A model generated the notes under the pieces. It was not told the DNA's origin, made no database searches, and was given only the letters and a program-made list of their open reading frames with translations. Made by a program: the position numbers and the translations under genes. Source: Flavobacteriaceae bacterium (GTDB taxonomy: Bacteria; Bacteroidota; Bacteroidia; Flavobacteriales; Flavobacteriaceae). From it: a DNA stretch of 32,000 bases. The stretch is from contig OZ245049.1 in the NCBI GenBank assembly GCA_965224465.1, positions 2,430,001-2,462,000 of the forward strand, given 5' to 3'. Numbering within the stretch: the stretch's first letter is position 1; every line of letters begins with the position of its first letter. Shown one piece after another: positions 1 through 7,929 of the stretch.

Positions 1-240
1 TCCATCAGCTCCAGAATCTTCACCAAATAAACTAAAACCATTGATTGTTTTTAAGATAGTTTGATGATAAGAAGTCATAAAAACATCATCCTCAAAATTG
101 TATACACCATCAGCGTTTAAAGTTGGGCAATTCTGAGCACCTACATTCGTACTAATTAGAAGTAGAAACAGCCACATACCTGTTGACAAGAAAGTAAAGC
201 TACGCATCACTTTCACAATTGAAAAGGAAAAATTAATCAT
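1..240 (-). CDS. N-terminal part of a secreted or exported protein of unknown function; the gene runs off the left edge of the window
   Basis: Minus-strand translation from the ATG at 240 reads MINFSFSIVKVMRSFTFLSTGMWLFLLLISTNVGAQNCPTLNADGVYNFEDD... The frame stays open to position 1. The hydrophobic N-terminus looks like a signal peptide. No family was recognised. Confidence 0.4.
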   Translation of the reverse strand, partial: MINFSFSIVKVMRSFTFLSTGMWLFLLLISTNVGAQNCPTLNADGVYNFEDDVFMTSYHQTILKTINGFSLFGEDSGADG

Positions 241-704
241 AAAACATTTTTAGTTATGTACTCAGTTCTTATTTTTAAATCTTAAAAGCTTAAGATTCAG
301 GGGGGATAAGAACCATGAAAATTGGCAGCAAATATACAAAAATTAACACAGGTTAACTATACTTATTTTTATGTATATCTACAAAAAGTAAGTTTAATAC
401 AACTAGATGTAATTATTATCGAATAACTTGTATTTATATTTTACAATAAGCATGTGAATTAAGCTTAAATAACACTCATTTATCGTAATTTTCACACTAA
501 AAACACCTACTAAATACATATTGATTTTACAGTTATTTCAAGTGTAATTCATGCTTAATCCCATTCAGAAATAACACATTACAACTACCACATCTCTCAA
601 TAATTCACACCCAAATCAAACTCATAAATACACTCTAAAAATGAAACCATCACGAATGCATTCCTTTTTTTGTATCTTTAACTAGAATAGAAAAAGAAAA
701 CAAA

Positions 705-2240
705 ATGCTAGTAAAAGTTTTTGGGTCCGCTGTTTTCGGCATAGAGGCCTCTACCATAACGGTGGAAGTAAACATAGATAAAGGTGTAGGATACCATTTG
801 GTAGGTCTTCCAGATAGCGCAATTAAAGAAAGTAGCTATCGAATTTCTGCAGGGCTAAAAAACAATGGCTACAAGCTACCTGTAAAAAAAATAACCATCA
901 ATATGGCACCCGCAGACATGCATAAAGAAGGAAGTGCCTACGACCTGACCTTAGCCGTAGGTATTTTAGCCGCTTCCAAACAAATTGAGACCACTATTCT
1001 TGATGATTATTTAATTATGGGAGAACTATCCTTGGATGGAGGTATCCATCCTATTAAAGGAGCACTCCCTATAGCAATCAAGGCAAGAGAAGAAGGATTT
1101 AAAGGATTTATTTTACCTCAAAAAAACGCCAAAGAAGCAGCTATTGTAGATGACTTAGATGTACTAGGAGCTGAAAACATAGTTCAAGTAATTGAGTTTT
1201 TAGAAAAAGGCACTGGACTTACACCTACTATAGTTGACACACGTGCCGAGTTTGAAAAAAGCCCCACAGATTTAGAATTTGATTTTTCCGATGTAAAAGG
1301 GCAAGAGTCTATCAAACGCTGTATGGAAATCGCAGCTGCAGGCGGCCATAATATTATTTTAATCGGCCCGCCAGGAAGCGGAAAAACAATGTTAGCAAAA
1401 CGACTGCCCAGTATCCTCCCTCCAATGACACTACACGAAGCATTGGAGACCACAAAAATACACTCCATCGTTGGAAAAATAAAAGACACTGGATTACAGA
1501 ATTTCCGACCTTTTAGATCCCCACATCACACCATAAGTGATGTCGCCTTAGTCGGAGGTGGACAATATCCACAACCTGGAGAAATATCAATGGCACATAA
1601 CGGCGTGCTGTTTTTAGATGAACTCCCCGAATTTAAACGCAGCGTACTCGAAGTAATGCGACAACCATTAGAAGATAGAGAAGTGACTATTTCACGTGCT
1701 AGGTTTACCGTTACTTACCCTTGTAGTTTTATGTTGGTAGCTAGCATGAATCCAAGTCCCAGCGGTTATTTCAACGACCCCGATTCCCCAATGACCACGT
1801 CTCACTCAGAAATGCAACGTTATTTAGGGAAAATATCAGGTCCACTTTTAGACCGAATAGACATCCATATAGAAGTCAACCCTGTACCTTTCGAAAAATT
1901 ATCCTCCACACAATTGGCAGAACCCAGTACCGAAATACGAAAACGAGTCACAGCAGCAAGAAAACACCAGACCAAACGTTTTGAAAAATCAGAAAGCGTG
2001 CATTACAATGCGCAAATGAGTGTCAAACAAATTCGAACTTTTTGTAAATTATCAGACCCGTCTTTACAATTACTTAAAACTGCAATGGAAAAACTAAAAC
2101 TATCTGCCAGAGCTTATGACCGAATCTTAAAAGTAGCCAGAACCATTGCAGATTTAGAATCCGTAGAGCATCTTGAATCACATCATATTGCAGAAGCCAT
2201 ACAATACCGTAGCTTAGACAGAGAAGGATGGCTGGGTTGA
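705..2240 (+). CDS. comM: YifB/ComM family Mg-chelatase-like AAA+ ATPase
   Basis: 511-aa ORF with a Lon-protease-like N-terminal domain, Walker A motif GPPGSGKT, a [10 protein letters not shown] Walker B region and the C-terminal motif [17 protein letters not shown] that is typical of ComM/YifB. Confidence 0.9.
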   Translation: MLVKVFGSAVFGIEASTITVEVNIDKGVGYHLVGLPDSAIKESSYRISAGLKNNGYKLPVKKITINMAPADMHKEGSAYDLTLAVGILAASKQIETTILDDYLIMGELSLDGGIHPIKGALPIAIKAREEGFKGFILPQKNAKEAAIVDDLDVLGAENIVQVIEFLEKGTGLTPTIVDTRAEFEKSPTDLEFDFSDVKGQESIKRCMEIAAAGGHNIILIGPPGSGKTMLAKRLPSILPPMTLHEALETTKIHSIVGKIKDTGLQNFRPFRSPHHTISDVALVGGGQYPQPGEISMAHNGVLFLDELPEFKRSVLEVMRQPLEDREVTISRARFTVTYPCSFMLVASMNPSPSGYFNDPDSPMTTSHSEMQRYLGKISGPLLDRIDIHIEVNPVPFEKLSSTQLAEPSTEIRKRVTAARKHQTKRFEKSESVHYNAQMSVKQIRTFCKLSDPSLQLLKTAMEKLKLSARAYDRILKVARTIADLESVEHLESHHIAEAIQYRSLDREGWLG

Positions 2241-2591
2241 TACAATTCTAAATTTACGTGGCTATCCGTAGAGAATATAAGAATGTTTTCCTTGATTGAT
2301 GATAAACCTAATTCAAAATGATTGCAACTGTACTTGGAAACATTGCTGATATACAACGCACAAATAGGTCCCAAGACAGAAAGATAGAATTGAACTAGCA
2401 AAGCTATAAGGTAAATACAAGAGGTCGCTTCAATGATTACACCAATTAAACCCCAATATAACCGATAAAAATATAAGACGGTAAAGATTGAGCTACCTAA
2501 TAGTAAATCACATAGAAGACACTAAATTAGATGAATAGACTTGCTGTTGGTCAAAAGATTGAAAGGCTGATGATGCTGGAAGCTTCATGAA

Positions 2592-3365
2592 TTAAAAACC
2601 CTCGAATACCCCTATTCCAAATAGAGCAAAGTCATATTTAACGGGATCTAGTGGATCCAATTCCCTTAATACCATATCTAATTCTAAAAGAGCTTTGGCA
2701 TCATTTTGCTTCCGTTTTAAAAGACCTAGTTTTCTTGCTACATTCCCAGAATGCACATCAAGCGGACAAGAAAGTATAGATGGAGAAATGTTTTCCCAAA
2801 GACCAAAATCAACACCAGCATTATCTTTACGAACAAGCCACCTCAACATCATATTTAACCTTTTGCAAGCAGATCCTTTATTAGGATCGCCAACATGTTT
2901 TTGAGACCTTACTTGGTGGTCTAATGAAAAGAAGATTTTTTTAAACTCGTGAATCGCAGGCTGTATCGTTATTTTTGTAGCATGCTTCTGAAAAATAGAT
3001 TCCATACCATCATGATTTAAATAAATGTTTTTAAGCGATGTAATAAAGTATTTAAAATCTACTGAATTGAATGTACGATGAACAAAACCATCGAACTTAT
3101 CTAAATCACTTGTTTTATGATTCATCACAAAATCATAGGGCGAATTACCAAGCAATTCCATCATTTTATTAGCGTTTTTAATAATCATTTTACGATTACC
3201 CCAAGCGATGGTTGCTGTTAAAAACGATGATATCTCAATATCTTCTTTTAGAGTATAGCGATGAGCTATCTGTACAGGGTCACTATCAATAAACTTTGGA
3301 TTGTTATACTCCAATACCTTTTCGTCTAAAAAATCTTTAAGCTCCTTTTTATTCACATCTTTCAA
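2592..3365 (-). CDS. TIGR02757 (DUF2400) family protein
   Basis: 257-aa ORF. The N-terminal FLDEKV..YNNPKFIDSDPVQIAHRY and IAWGNRKMI motifs match my memory of the TIGR02757/DUF2400 family. Confidence 0.7.
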   Translation of the reverse strand: MKDVNKKELKDFLDEKVLEYNNPKFIDSDPVQIAHRYTLKEDIEISSFLTATIAWGNRKMIIKNANKMMELLGNSPYDFVMNHKTSDLDKFDGFVHRTFNSVDFKYFITSLKNIYLNHDGMESIFQKHATKITIQPAIHEFKKIFFSLDHQVRSQKHVGDPNKGSACKRLNMMLRWLVRKDNAGVDFGLWENISPSILSCPLDVHSGNVARKLGLLKRKQNDAKALLELDMVLRELDPLDPVKYDFALFGIGVFEGF

Positions 3366-3610
3366 AATTAGACTTAAAAGTAATCATAATTTAATTACTA
3401 AATTATAGTTCATCATTTTGCGTAGTTATTTTTTACGCTCGTCAAGCAAAAATAATTCTAAAAATGACTACTCAAAACAAAGCTCAAAGCTTAGCGACAT
3501 TGCGCAGCGGGTTTTAGAATACCTCACCAAAGTCACCTAAAAAGCATTATTAATAGGATCTGTTTTTCTGTTGCAATTTTCGCCCGCACTTCAATATCTA
3601 TTATCTTACA

Positions 3611-3758
3611 CCAACTACAATTCAAAATAATAGATATAAATAGTCTGTTTTACGTTCTAACATCATTGAAAAACAGAACGATAGCTATGACTATCCTTAG
3701 ATATATCGCCTAACTAAAACAATTACATTTCGAAACGGTCACTTGGAAATGTAGTTGG
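3611..3758 (+). repeat. Intergenic palindromic repeat family, copy A
   Basis: The 5' arm is ccaactacaattcaaaat and the 3' arm is cacttggaaatgtagttgg, which is its inverted complement. The interior is tagtctgttttacgttctaa...cagaacgatagctatgactatccttagat...ctaactaaaac. It aligns along its length to copies B-G. Confidence 0.85.
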
Positions 3759-3764
3759 AAGTAC

Positions 3765-4197
3765 TTAGCCTTGTCGATTTATATTGGTAGCTAGTATGAA
3801 TCCAAGTCCAAGTGGTTATTTCAACAACCCCGACTCCCCAATGACCAAGTCTCTAACAGAAACGCAACGTTATATAGGGGAAATAACGGGATCACATTTA
3901 GACAGAATAGACATCCAAACAGAAGTCAATCTAGTGCCTTTCAGAAAATTACCCTCCACACAATTGACAGCACCAAGTACAGAACTACGAAAACGAGTCA
4001 CAGCCACAAGAAAACATCAGACCATCATTACAATTACTTAAAACTGAAATAAAAAACTATCTACCAGAACTTATGACAAAATCTTAAATATAGCCAGAAC
4101 AATTGCAGATTTAGAATCTGTAGAGTATCTAGAATCACATCATATAGCAGAAGCCATACAATACCATAGTTTGGACAGCGAAAAATGGTTGCGTTAA
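3765..4197 (+). pseudogene. comM: Decayed duplicate of the comM 3' end, covering roughly codon 342 to the stop codon
   Basis: The nucleotide alignment to 1724-2240 is by eye and is roughly 85 percent identical. There is an internal deletion of about 90 bp after ...aaaacatcagacca and a second small deletion. Homology ends exactly at the stop codon (tggttgcgttaa versus tggctgggttga). No N-terminal part is present. The ORF-track entry 3784..4041 is a piece of this fragment. Confidence 0.85.
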
Positions 4198-4400
4198 CTT
4201 TTGCTCCTTATGAAACTACATGCTAATAACGAGGGAATTAACAGCGAAATCCACCTAAATAAACGTTAAAAAAAAATGCGAAACCTTCATACAAAAACAC
4301 TGAACATCAACCACTCATAGAAACAGGCGAGTCCAAAAAGGGGGAGTTTCACCCCTACAAGTTTATGCAAATACCGTCCGTGATTAAAACAATATAATTG

Positions 4401-4408
4401 TACCTTTG
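4401..4408 (+). promoter_or_regulatory. Candidate Bacteroidota -7 promoter box (TAccTTTG)
   Basis: Exact match to the TAnnTTTG -7 consensus. It lies 29 nt upstream of a 13-codon ORF and about 85 nt upstream of a terminator hairpin. Confidence 0.3.
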
Positions 4409-4436
4409 CACCATACAATAATTGAAAGATTGTTTT

Positions 4437-4478
4437 ATGGGAATTGCTAAATTATTAAAACATTTGTGGGGAATGTAA
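4437..4478 (+). other. Candidate 13-codon small ORF (MGIAKLLKHLWGM) or small transcript
   Basis: ATG..TAA mini-ORF located between a -7-like box (4401-4408) and an intrinsic terminator (4491-4520). There is no homology evidence. Confidence 0.15.
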
Positions 4479-4490
4479 ATAATTTAAAAG

Positions 4491-4520
4491 GCTCTTTAGT
4501 TTACTAAAGGGTCTTTTTTT
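4491..4520 (+). terminator. Rho-independent terminator-like hairpin followed by a T-run
   Basis: The stem pairs ctctttag with ctaaaggg (8 bp including one G-U), with a 4-nt loop, followed by tcttttttt. Confidence 0.5.
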
Positions 4521-4600
4521 CTGTCTTGACTTTTCGACTAAAAAAAGACACTGTCCCGTTTGTACTATTACAACAATACACAAGGCATCTCTGGATAACA

Positions 4601-4749
4601 CCAATTACAATCAAACTGACAGATATAAATAATTTATTTTACGTGCTAGCGTTTGTTGAAAAATAAAACAACAGCTATGGCTATCCCTAGATTTATCGCT
4701 TAGCTAAAAAAAAATCCATTACTAAACGGTGACTTGGAAATGTATTTGG
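4601..4749 (+). repeat. Intergenic palindromic repeat family, copy B
   Basis: ccaattacaatcaaactgacagatataaataatttattttacgtgctagcg...acagctatggctatccctagatttatcgcttagctaaaaa...ggtgacttggaaatgtatttgg. Collinear with the other copies. Confidence 0.85.
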
Positions 4750-4940
4750 TATTATACGTACTTTATAATCGATTTCTGTTTCGCCTGCACCACACTTGAC
4801 ACGGGGGATTACATTTACCGACGACCTCCTTCAGACTTAATAACACCCTCAACCTTCTTACCAATTACTACTCTTACCTCTCAAAAAGGCATACACAAAG
4901 ATTTACAATTTTCGAGACCATTACCATGCACTACAAACAA

Positions 4941-4970
4941 AAAAAGGCAGCCTTTTTGAAGGCTGCCTTT
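4941..4970 (-). terminator. Bidirectional intrinsic terminator downstream of ahcY
   Basis: A 9-bp perfect GC-containing stem pairs aaggcagcc with ggctgcctt. A/T runs flank it on both sides. It lies 23 nt past the ahcY stop. Confidence 0.75.
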
Positions 4971-4992
4971 AGACTATTTAAAATACGATAAA

Positions 4993-6309
4993 TTAATACC
5001 TGTAATATTCTGGTTTAAAAGGACCTTTTACAGTAACACCAATATATGCTGCTTGTTCCTCGCTTAAAGTTTCCAACTCAACACCAATTTTATCCAAGTG
5101 TAAACGGGCAACTTTCTCATCCAATATTTTCGGTAACATATACACCTCATTTTCGTAAGATGCTCTGTTATTCCAAAGTTCCAGTTGCGCCAATGTTTGG
5201 TTTGTAAACGAATTACTCATCACAAAACTAGGATGTCCTGTAGCACAACCTAAATTCACCAAACGACCTTCCGCTAAAATAATGATATCCTTACCGTCTA
5301 CAGTATATTTATCAACTTGAGGCTTAATTTCAACTTTGGTATCCCCATAGTTATCATTCAACCATCCAATTTCTATTTCGTTGTCAAAGTGACCGATATT
5401 ACAAACAATCGTCTTGTCTTTTAACATTTTAAAATGTTCAGCTCTCACAATTCCTTTATTACCAGTAGTTGTGATAATGATATCTGCATTGGGAGCAATT
5501 GTTTCCAATTTCTTCACTTCAAAACCATCCATAGCAGCTTGTAAAGCACAAATTGGATCTATTTCTGTAACGGTAACAATAGAACCAGCACCACGGAAAC
5601 TAGCAGCAGTACCTTTACCTACATCACCATATCCACAAACTACAACACGTTTTCCTGCCAACATAATATCTGTAGCTCTACGAATAGCATCTACAGCACT
5701 TTCTCTACATCCGTATTTATTATCGAATTTAGATTTTGTAACAGAATCATTTACGTTAATCGCAGGCATTGGAAGTGTTCCATTTTTCATACGATCGTAC
5801 AAACGATGAACTCCAGTAGTCGTTTCTTCAGACAAACCGTTAATTCCAGCCACTAATTCAGGATATCTATCCAACACCATATTGGTCAAATCACCACCAT
5901 CATCTAAAATAAGATTCAATGGTTTTTTATCTTCACCAAAAAATAATGTTTGCTCTATACACCAATCGAAATCCTTTTCATTCAATCCTTTCCAAGCATA
6001 CACAGAAACACCTGAAGCAGCAATTGCCGCAGCAGCTTGATCTTGCGTAGAAAAAATATTACAAGAACTCCAAGTCACCTCAGCACCTAACGCAACCAAT
6101 GTTTCTATCAACACTGCCGTTTGAATGGTCATGTGTAAACATCCTGCAATTCTAGCACCTTTTAAAGGCTGTTCGTCTTTATATTCTTCACGTAAACTCA
6201 TTAAGCCAGGCATCTCAGCCTCTGCCAATTCAATTTCTTTTCTTCCCCAATCAGCTAAAGAAATATCCTTAACTTTATAAGGTACATACGTTTTTGTATC
6301 TGTACTCAT
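4993..6309 (-). CDS. ahcY: Adenosylhomocysteinase (S-adenosyl-L-homocysteine hydrolase)
   Basis: Strong family resemblance: [37 protein letters not shown]..., the NAD-binding motif [10 protein letters not shown] and the C-terminal [12 protein letters not shown] place the start at the internal Met at 6309, because the 68-codon upstream extension of the ORF reads through repeat copy C. Confidence 0.93.
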   Translation of the reverse strand: MSTDTKTYVPYKVKDISLADWGRKEIELAEAEMPGLMSLREEYKDEQPLKGARIAGCLHMTIQTAVLIETLVALGAEVTWSSCNIFSTQDQAAAAIAASGVSVYAWKGLNEKDFDWCIEQTLFFGEDKKPLNLILDDGGDLTNMVLDRYPELVAGINGLSEETTTGVHRLYDRMKNGTLPMPAINVNDSVTKSKFDNKYGCRESAVDAIRRATDIMLAGKRVVVCGYGDVGKGTAASFRGAGSIVTVTEIDPICALQAAMDGFEVKKLETIAPNADIIITTTGNKGIVRAEHFKMLKDKTIVCNIGHFDNEIEIGWLNDNYGDTKVEIKPQVDKYTVDGKDIIILAEGRLVNLGCATGHPSFVMSNSFTNQTLAQLELWNNRASYENEVYMLPKILDEKVARLHLDKIGVELETLSEEQAAYIGVTVKGPFKPEYYRY

Positions 6310-6336
6310 ATTCTTATCTTTGTTCTTTATGAATTG

Positions 6337-6344
6337 CAAAAATA
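6337..6344 (-). promoter_or_regulatory. Candidate -7 promoter box (TAttTTTG) for ahcY
   Basis: The minus strand reads gacTAttTTTGcaattc, an exact TAnnTTTG match. It lies about 28 nt upstream of the ahcY ATG and outside repeat copy C. Confidence 0.45.
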
Positions 6345-6376
6345 GTCTAAAATCACAAATCAACACATAAGTAATA

Positions 6377-6529
6377 CCAATTAAATTTCCAAGTGAAGGT
6401 TTAGAAATGGAATTATTTTTTGTTTTAGCTAGACAAAAAATAGAAGGATAGCCCTCTATCGTTCTGTTTTTTAACAACACTAGCACGTAAAACAAACTAT
6501 GTATATCGGTCATTCTGAATTTTAATTGG
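6377..6529 (-). repeat. Intergenic palindromic repeat family, copy C
   Basis: The reverse complement reads ccaattaaaattcagaatgaccgatatacatagtttgttttacgtgctagtgttgttaaaaaacagaacgatagagggctatccttctat...ctagctaaaacaaaaaataattccatttctaaaccttcacttggaaatttaattgg. Confidence 0.88.
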
Positions 6530-6626
6530 TTGAAGACAAAATAATTAATTTTTTAACCACAATAAAGGCAATTTAACCAACTGTTTTGTTGATATTTACT
6601 GCTTATTTTAATTTTGAAACGTATAA

Positions 6627-7259
6627 ATGCCTCTCTATAAAATCATAAAACCTCATGCAAACACCATCATTTTTGTATGGAACATCAAAGATACTTTATC
6701 TAAATTATCTGAAAACATGCCGCTTTCCGACAACAGCATAGCACGTTTAAAGCATATGAAATCTGAATTACACAGAAGAGGATTTTTAAGCGTGAGACAT
6801 TTATTAAAAGAAGCGGGATATACAGATCATGATCTGTATTACACCCCCAATGGAAAACCGCATTTAAAAGACGGTAAACACATTTCGATCACTCATTCTT
6901 ACGAATTTTCAGCCATCATCATCAGTGATTCTGAAATAGGAATAGACATCGAAAAAAACAGGCCTAAGATCACAAGAATCGCCTCAAAATTCACAGATTA
7001 TAAAGTCAATTTTGAAGATCAAACTCAGGAACAAATTGAAATATTAACCGTAATATGGGGCGCCAAAGAATCCCTTTATAAGATTTATCCTTATGGTGGA
7101 TTGACTTTTAGAAACGACATAGAGGTAACTCCTTTTAAATTAAATGATACCAAAACTACGGCATGGATAAAAGCTACCGACTGGAGTAAAAAATACCAAA
7201 TTCAATTTGAAAAAATAGAAAACTTCACCCTAGTCTATGCCCATGACCATTTTAATTAA
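6627..7259 (+). CDS. 4'-phosphopantetheinyl transferase superfamily protein (Sfp-type)
   Basis: 210-aa ORF with GKPHL...ISITHS and GIDIE motifs and a W..KES.YK motif, all characteristic of PPTases. Confidence 0.75.
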   Translation: MPLYKIIKPHANTIIFVWNIKDTLSKLSENMPLSDNSIARLKHMKSELHRRGFLSVRHLLKEAGYTDHDLYYTPNGKPHLKDGKHISITHSYEFSAIIISDSEIGIDIEKNRPKITRIASKFTDYKVNFEDQTQEQIEILTVIWGAKESLYKIYPYGGLTFRNDIEVTPFKLNDTKTTAWIKATDWSKKYQIQFEKIENFTLVYAHDHFN

Positions 7260-7296
7260 TACTATCTTGAGCCCTCTTAAACCCTAATTATATATA

Positions 7297-7929
7297 ATGA
7301 CTGAAATATTTGATTTTTTTTTCGGGCAATATAAAGAATACCCTACCCACGAAATAATTTTAGAATCCATCGCCATTATCTTTGGTTTTTTATCTGTTTG
7401 GTACTCTAAACAAAATAAAATATGGGTATTCCCTACGGGGATTATCAGTACTTTAATCTTTGTTTACCTGCTTTTTAAATGGGGTTTATTAGGTGATATG
7501 ATGATAAATGCCTATTATTTTATCATGAGCATTTACGGCTGGTACATTTGGACTAGAAAAGTAGACGAAACACATGTTACTCCTATTTCAAGCATCAATT
7601 TAAAAGAAAAATACATCTCCATTACAATCTTCTTTTGTACCTTAATTTTTGTTTATTTGGTGTATATTAGCTTCGACAAATGGAATGGCTGGGTTGCCTA
7701 TGTAGACGCCCTGACCACAGCAATATTTTTTGTAGGCATGTGGCTGATGGCAAAACGAAAAATTGAAAACTGGTTGTTTTGGATAGTCGGTGACATTATC
7801 TCCGTTCCATTATACTTTTATAAGGGATATACCTTAACAAGTATTCAATATTTAATATTTACATTTATTGCCATATTTGGATATTTAGCATGGAAGAAAA
7901 ACTTAGACAAACAGCAACTGAAGTCTTAA
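7297..7929 (+). CDS. pnuC: Nicotinamide riboside transporter PnuC
   Basis: 210-aa polytopic membrane protein. Its W-rich helices and NWLFWIVGDIISVPLY motif are typical of PnuC. An NadR-like kinase follows it. Confidence 0.85.
   Translation: MTEIFDFFFGQYKEYPTHEIILESIAIIFGFLSVWYSKQNKIWVFPTGIISTLIFVYLLFKWGLLGDMMINAYYFIMSIYGWYIWTRKVDETHVTPISSINLKEKYISITIFFCTLIFVYLVYISFDKWNGWVAYVDALTTAIFFVGMWLMAKRKIENWLFWIVGDIISVPLYFYKGYTLTSIQYLIFTFIAIFGYLAWKKNLDKQQLKS

Noticed and set aside
240-705. A 465-bp AT-rich ORF-free spacer upstream of comM, considered as a possible ncRNA or replication-related region
   Set aside because: I saw only a short hairpin (aatcttaa-aagc-ttaagatt) and a weak resemblance to the repeat 5' arm near 618-650. 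There are no DnaA-box-like arrays and no conserved RNA motifs that I can recognise.
3740-3758. The 3' arm of the repeat (ttggaaatgtaattgg) as the principal promoter of downstream genes
   Set aside because: The arm only approximates the TAnnTTTG box. Better exact -7 boxes lie closer to ahcY and to the riboswitch. Three or four copies also point into the 3' ends of convergent genes. I keep it only as a secondary possibility.
3784-4041. An 85-aa ORF that could be annotated as a small ComM-like protein
   Set aside because: It is a fragment of a decayed partial duplicate of the comM 3' end. It has internal deletions and no N-terminal domains, so I treat it as a pseudogene.
6310-6513. The 68-codon N-terminal extension of the ahcY ORF ([26 protein letters not shown]...)
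   Set aside because: The extension is simply a read-through of repeat copy C. The conserved AhcY sequence begins at [13 protein letters not shown] (6309), and a good -7 box lies between the repeat and that ATG.
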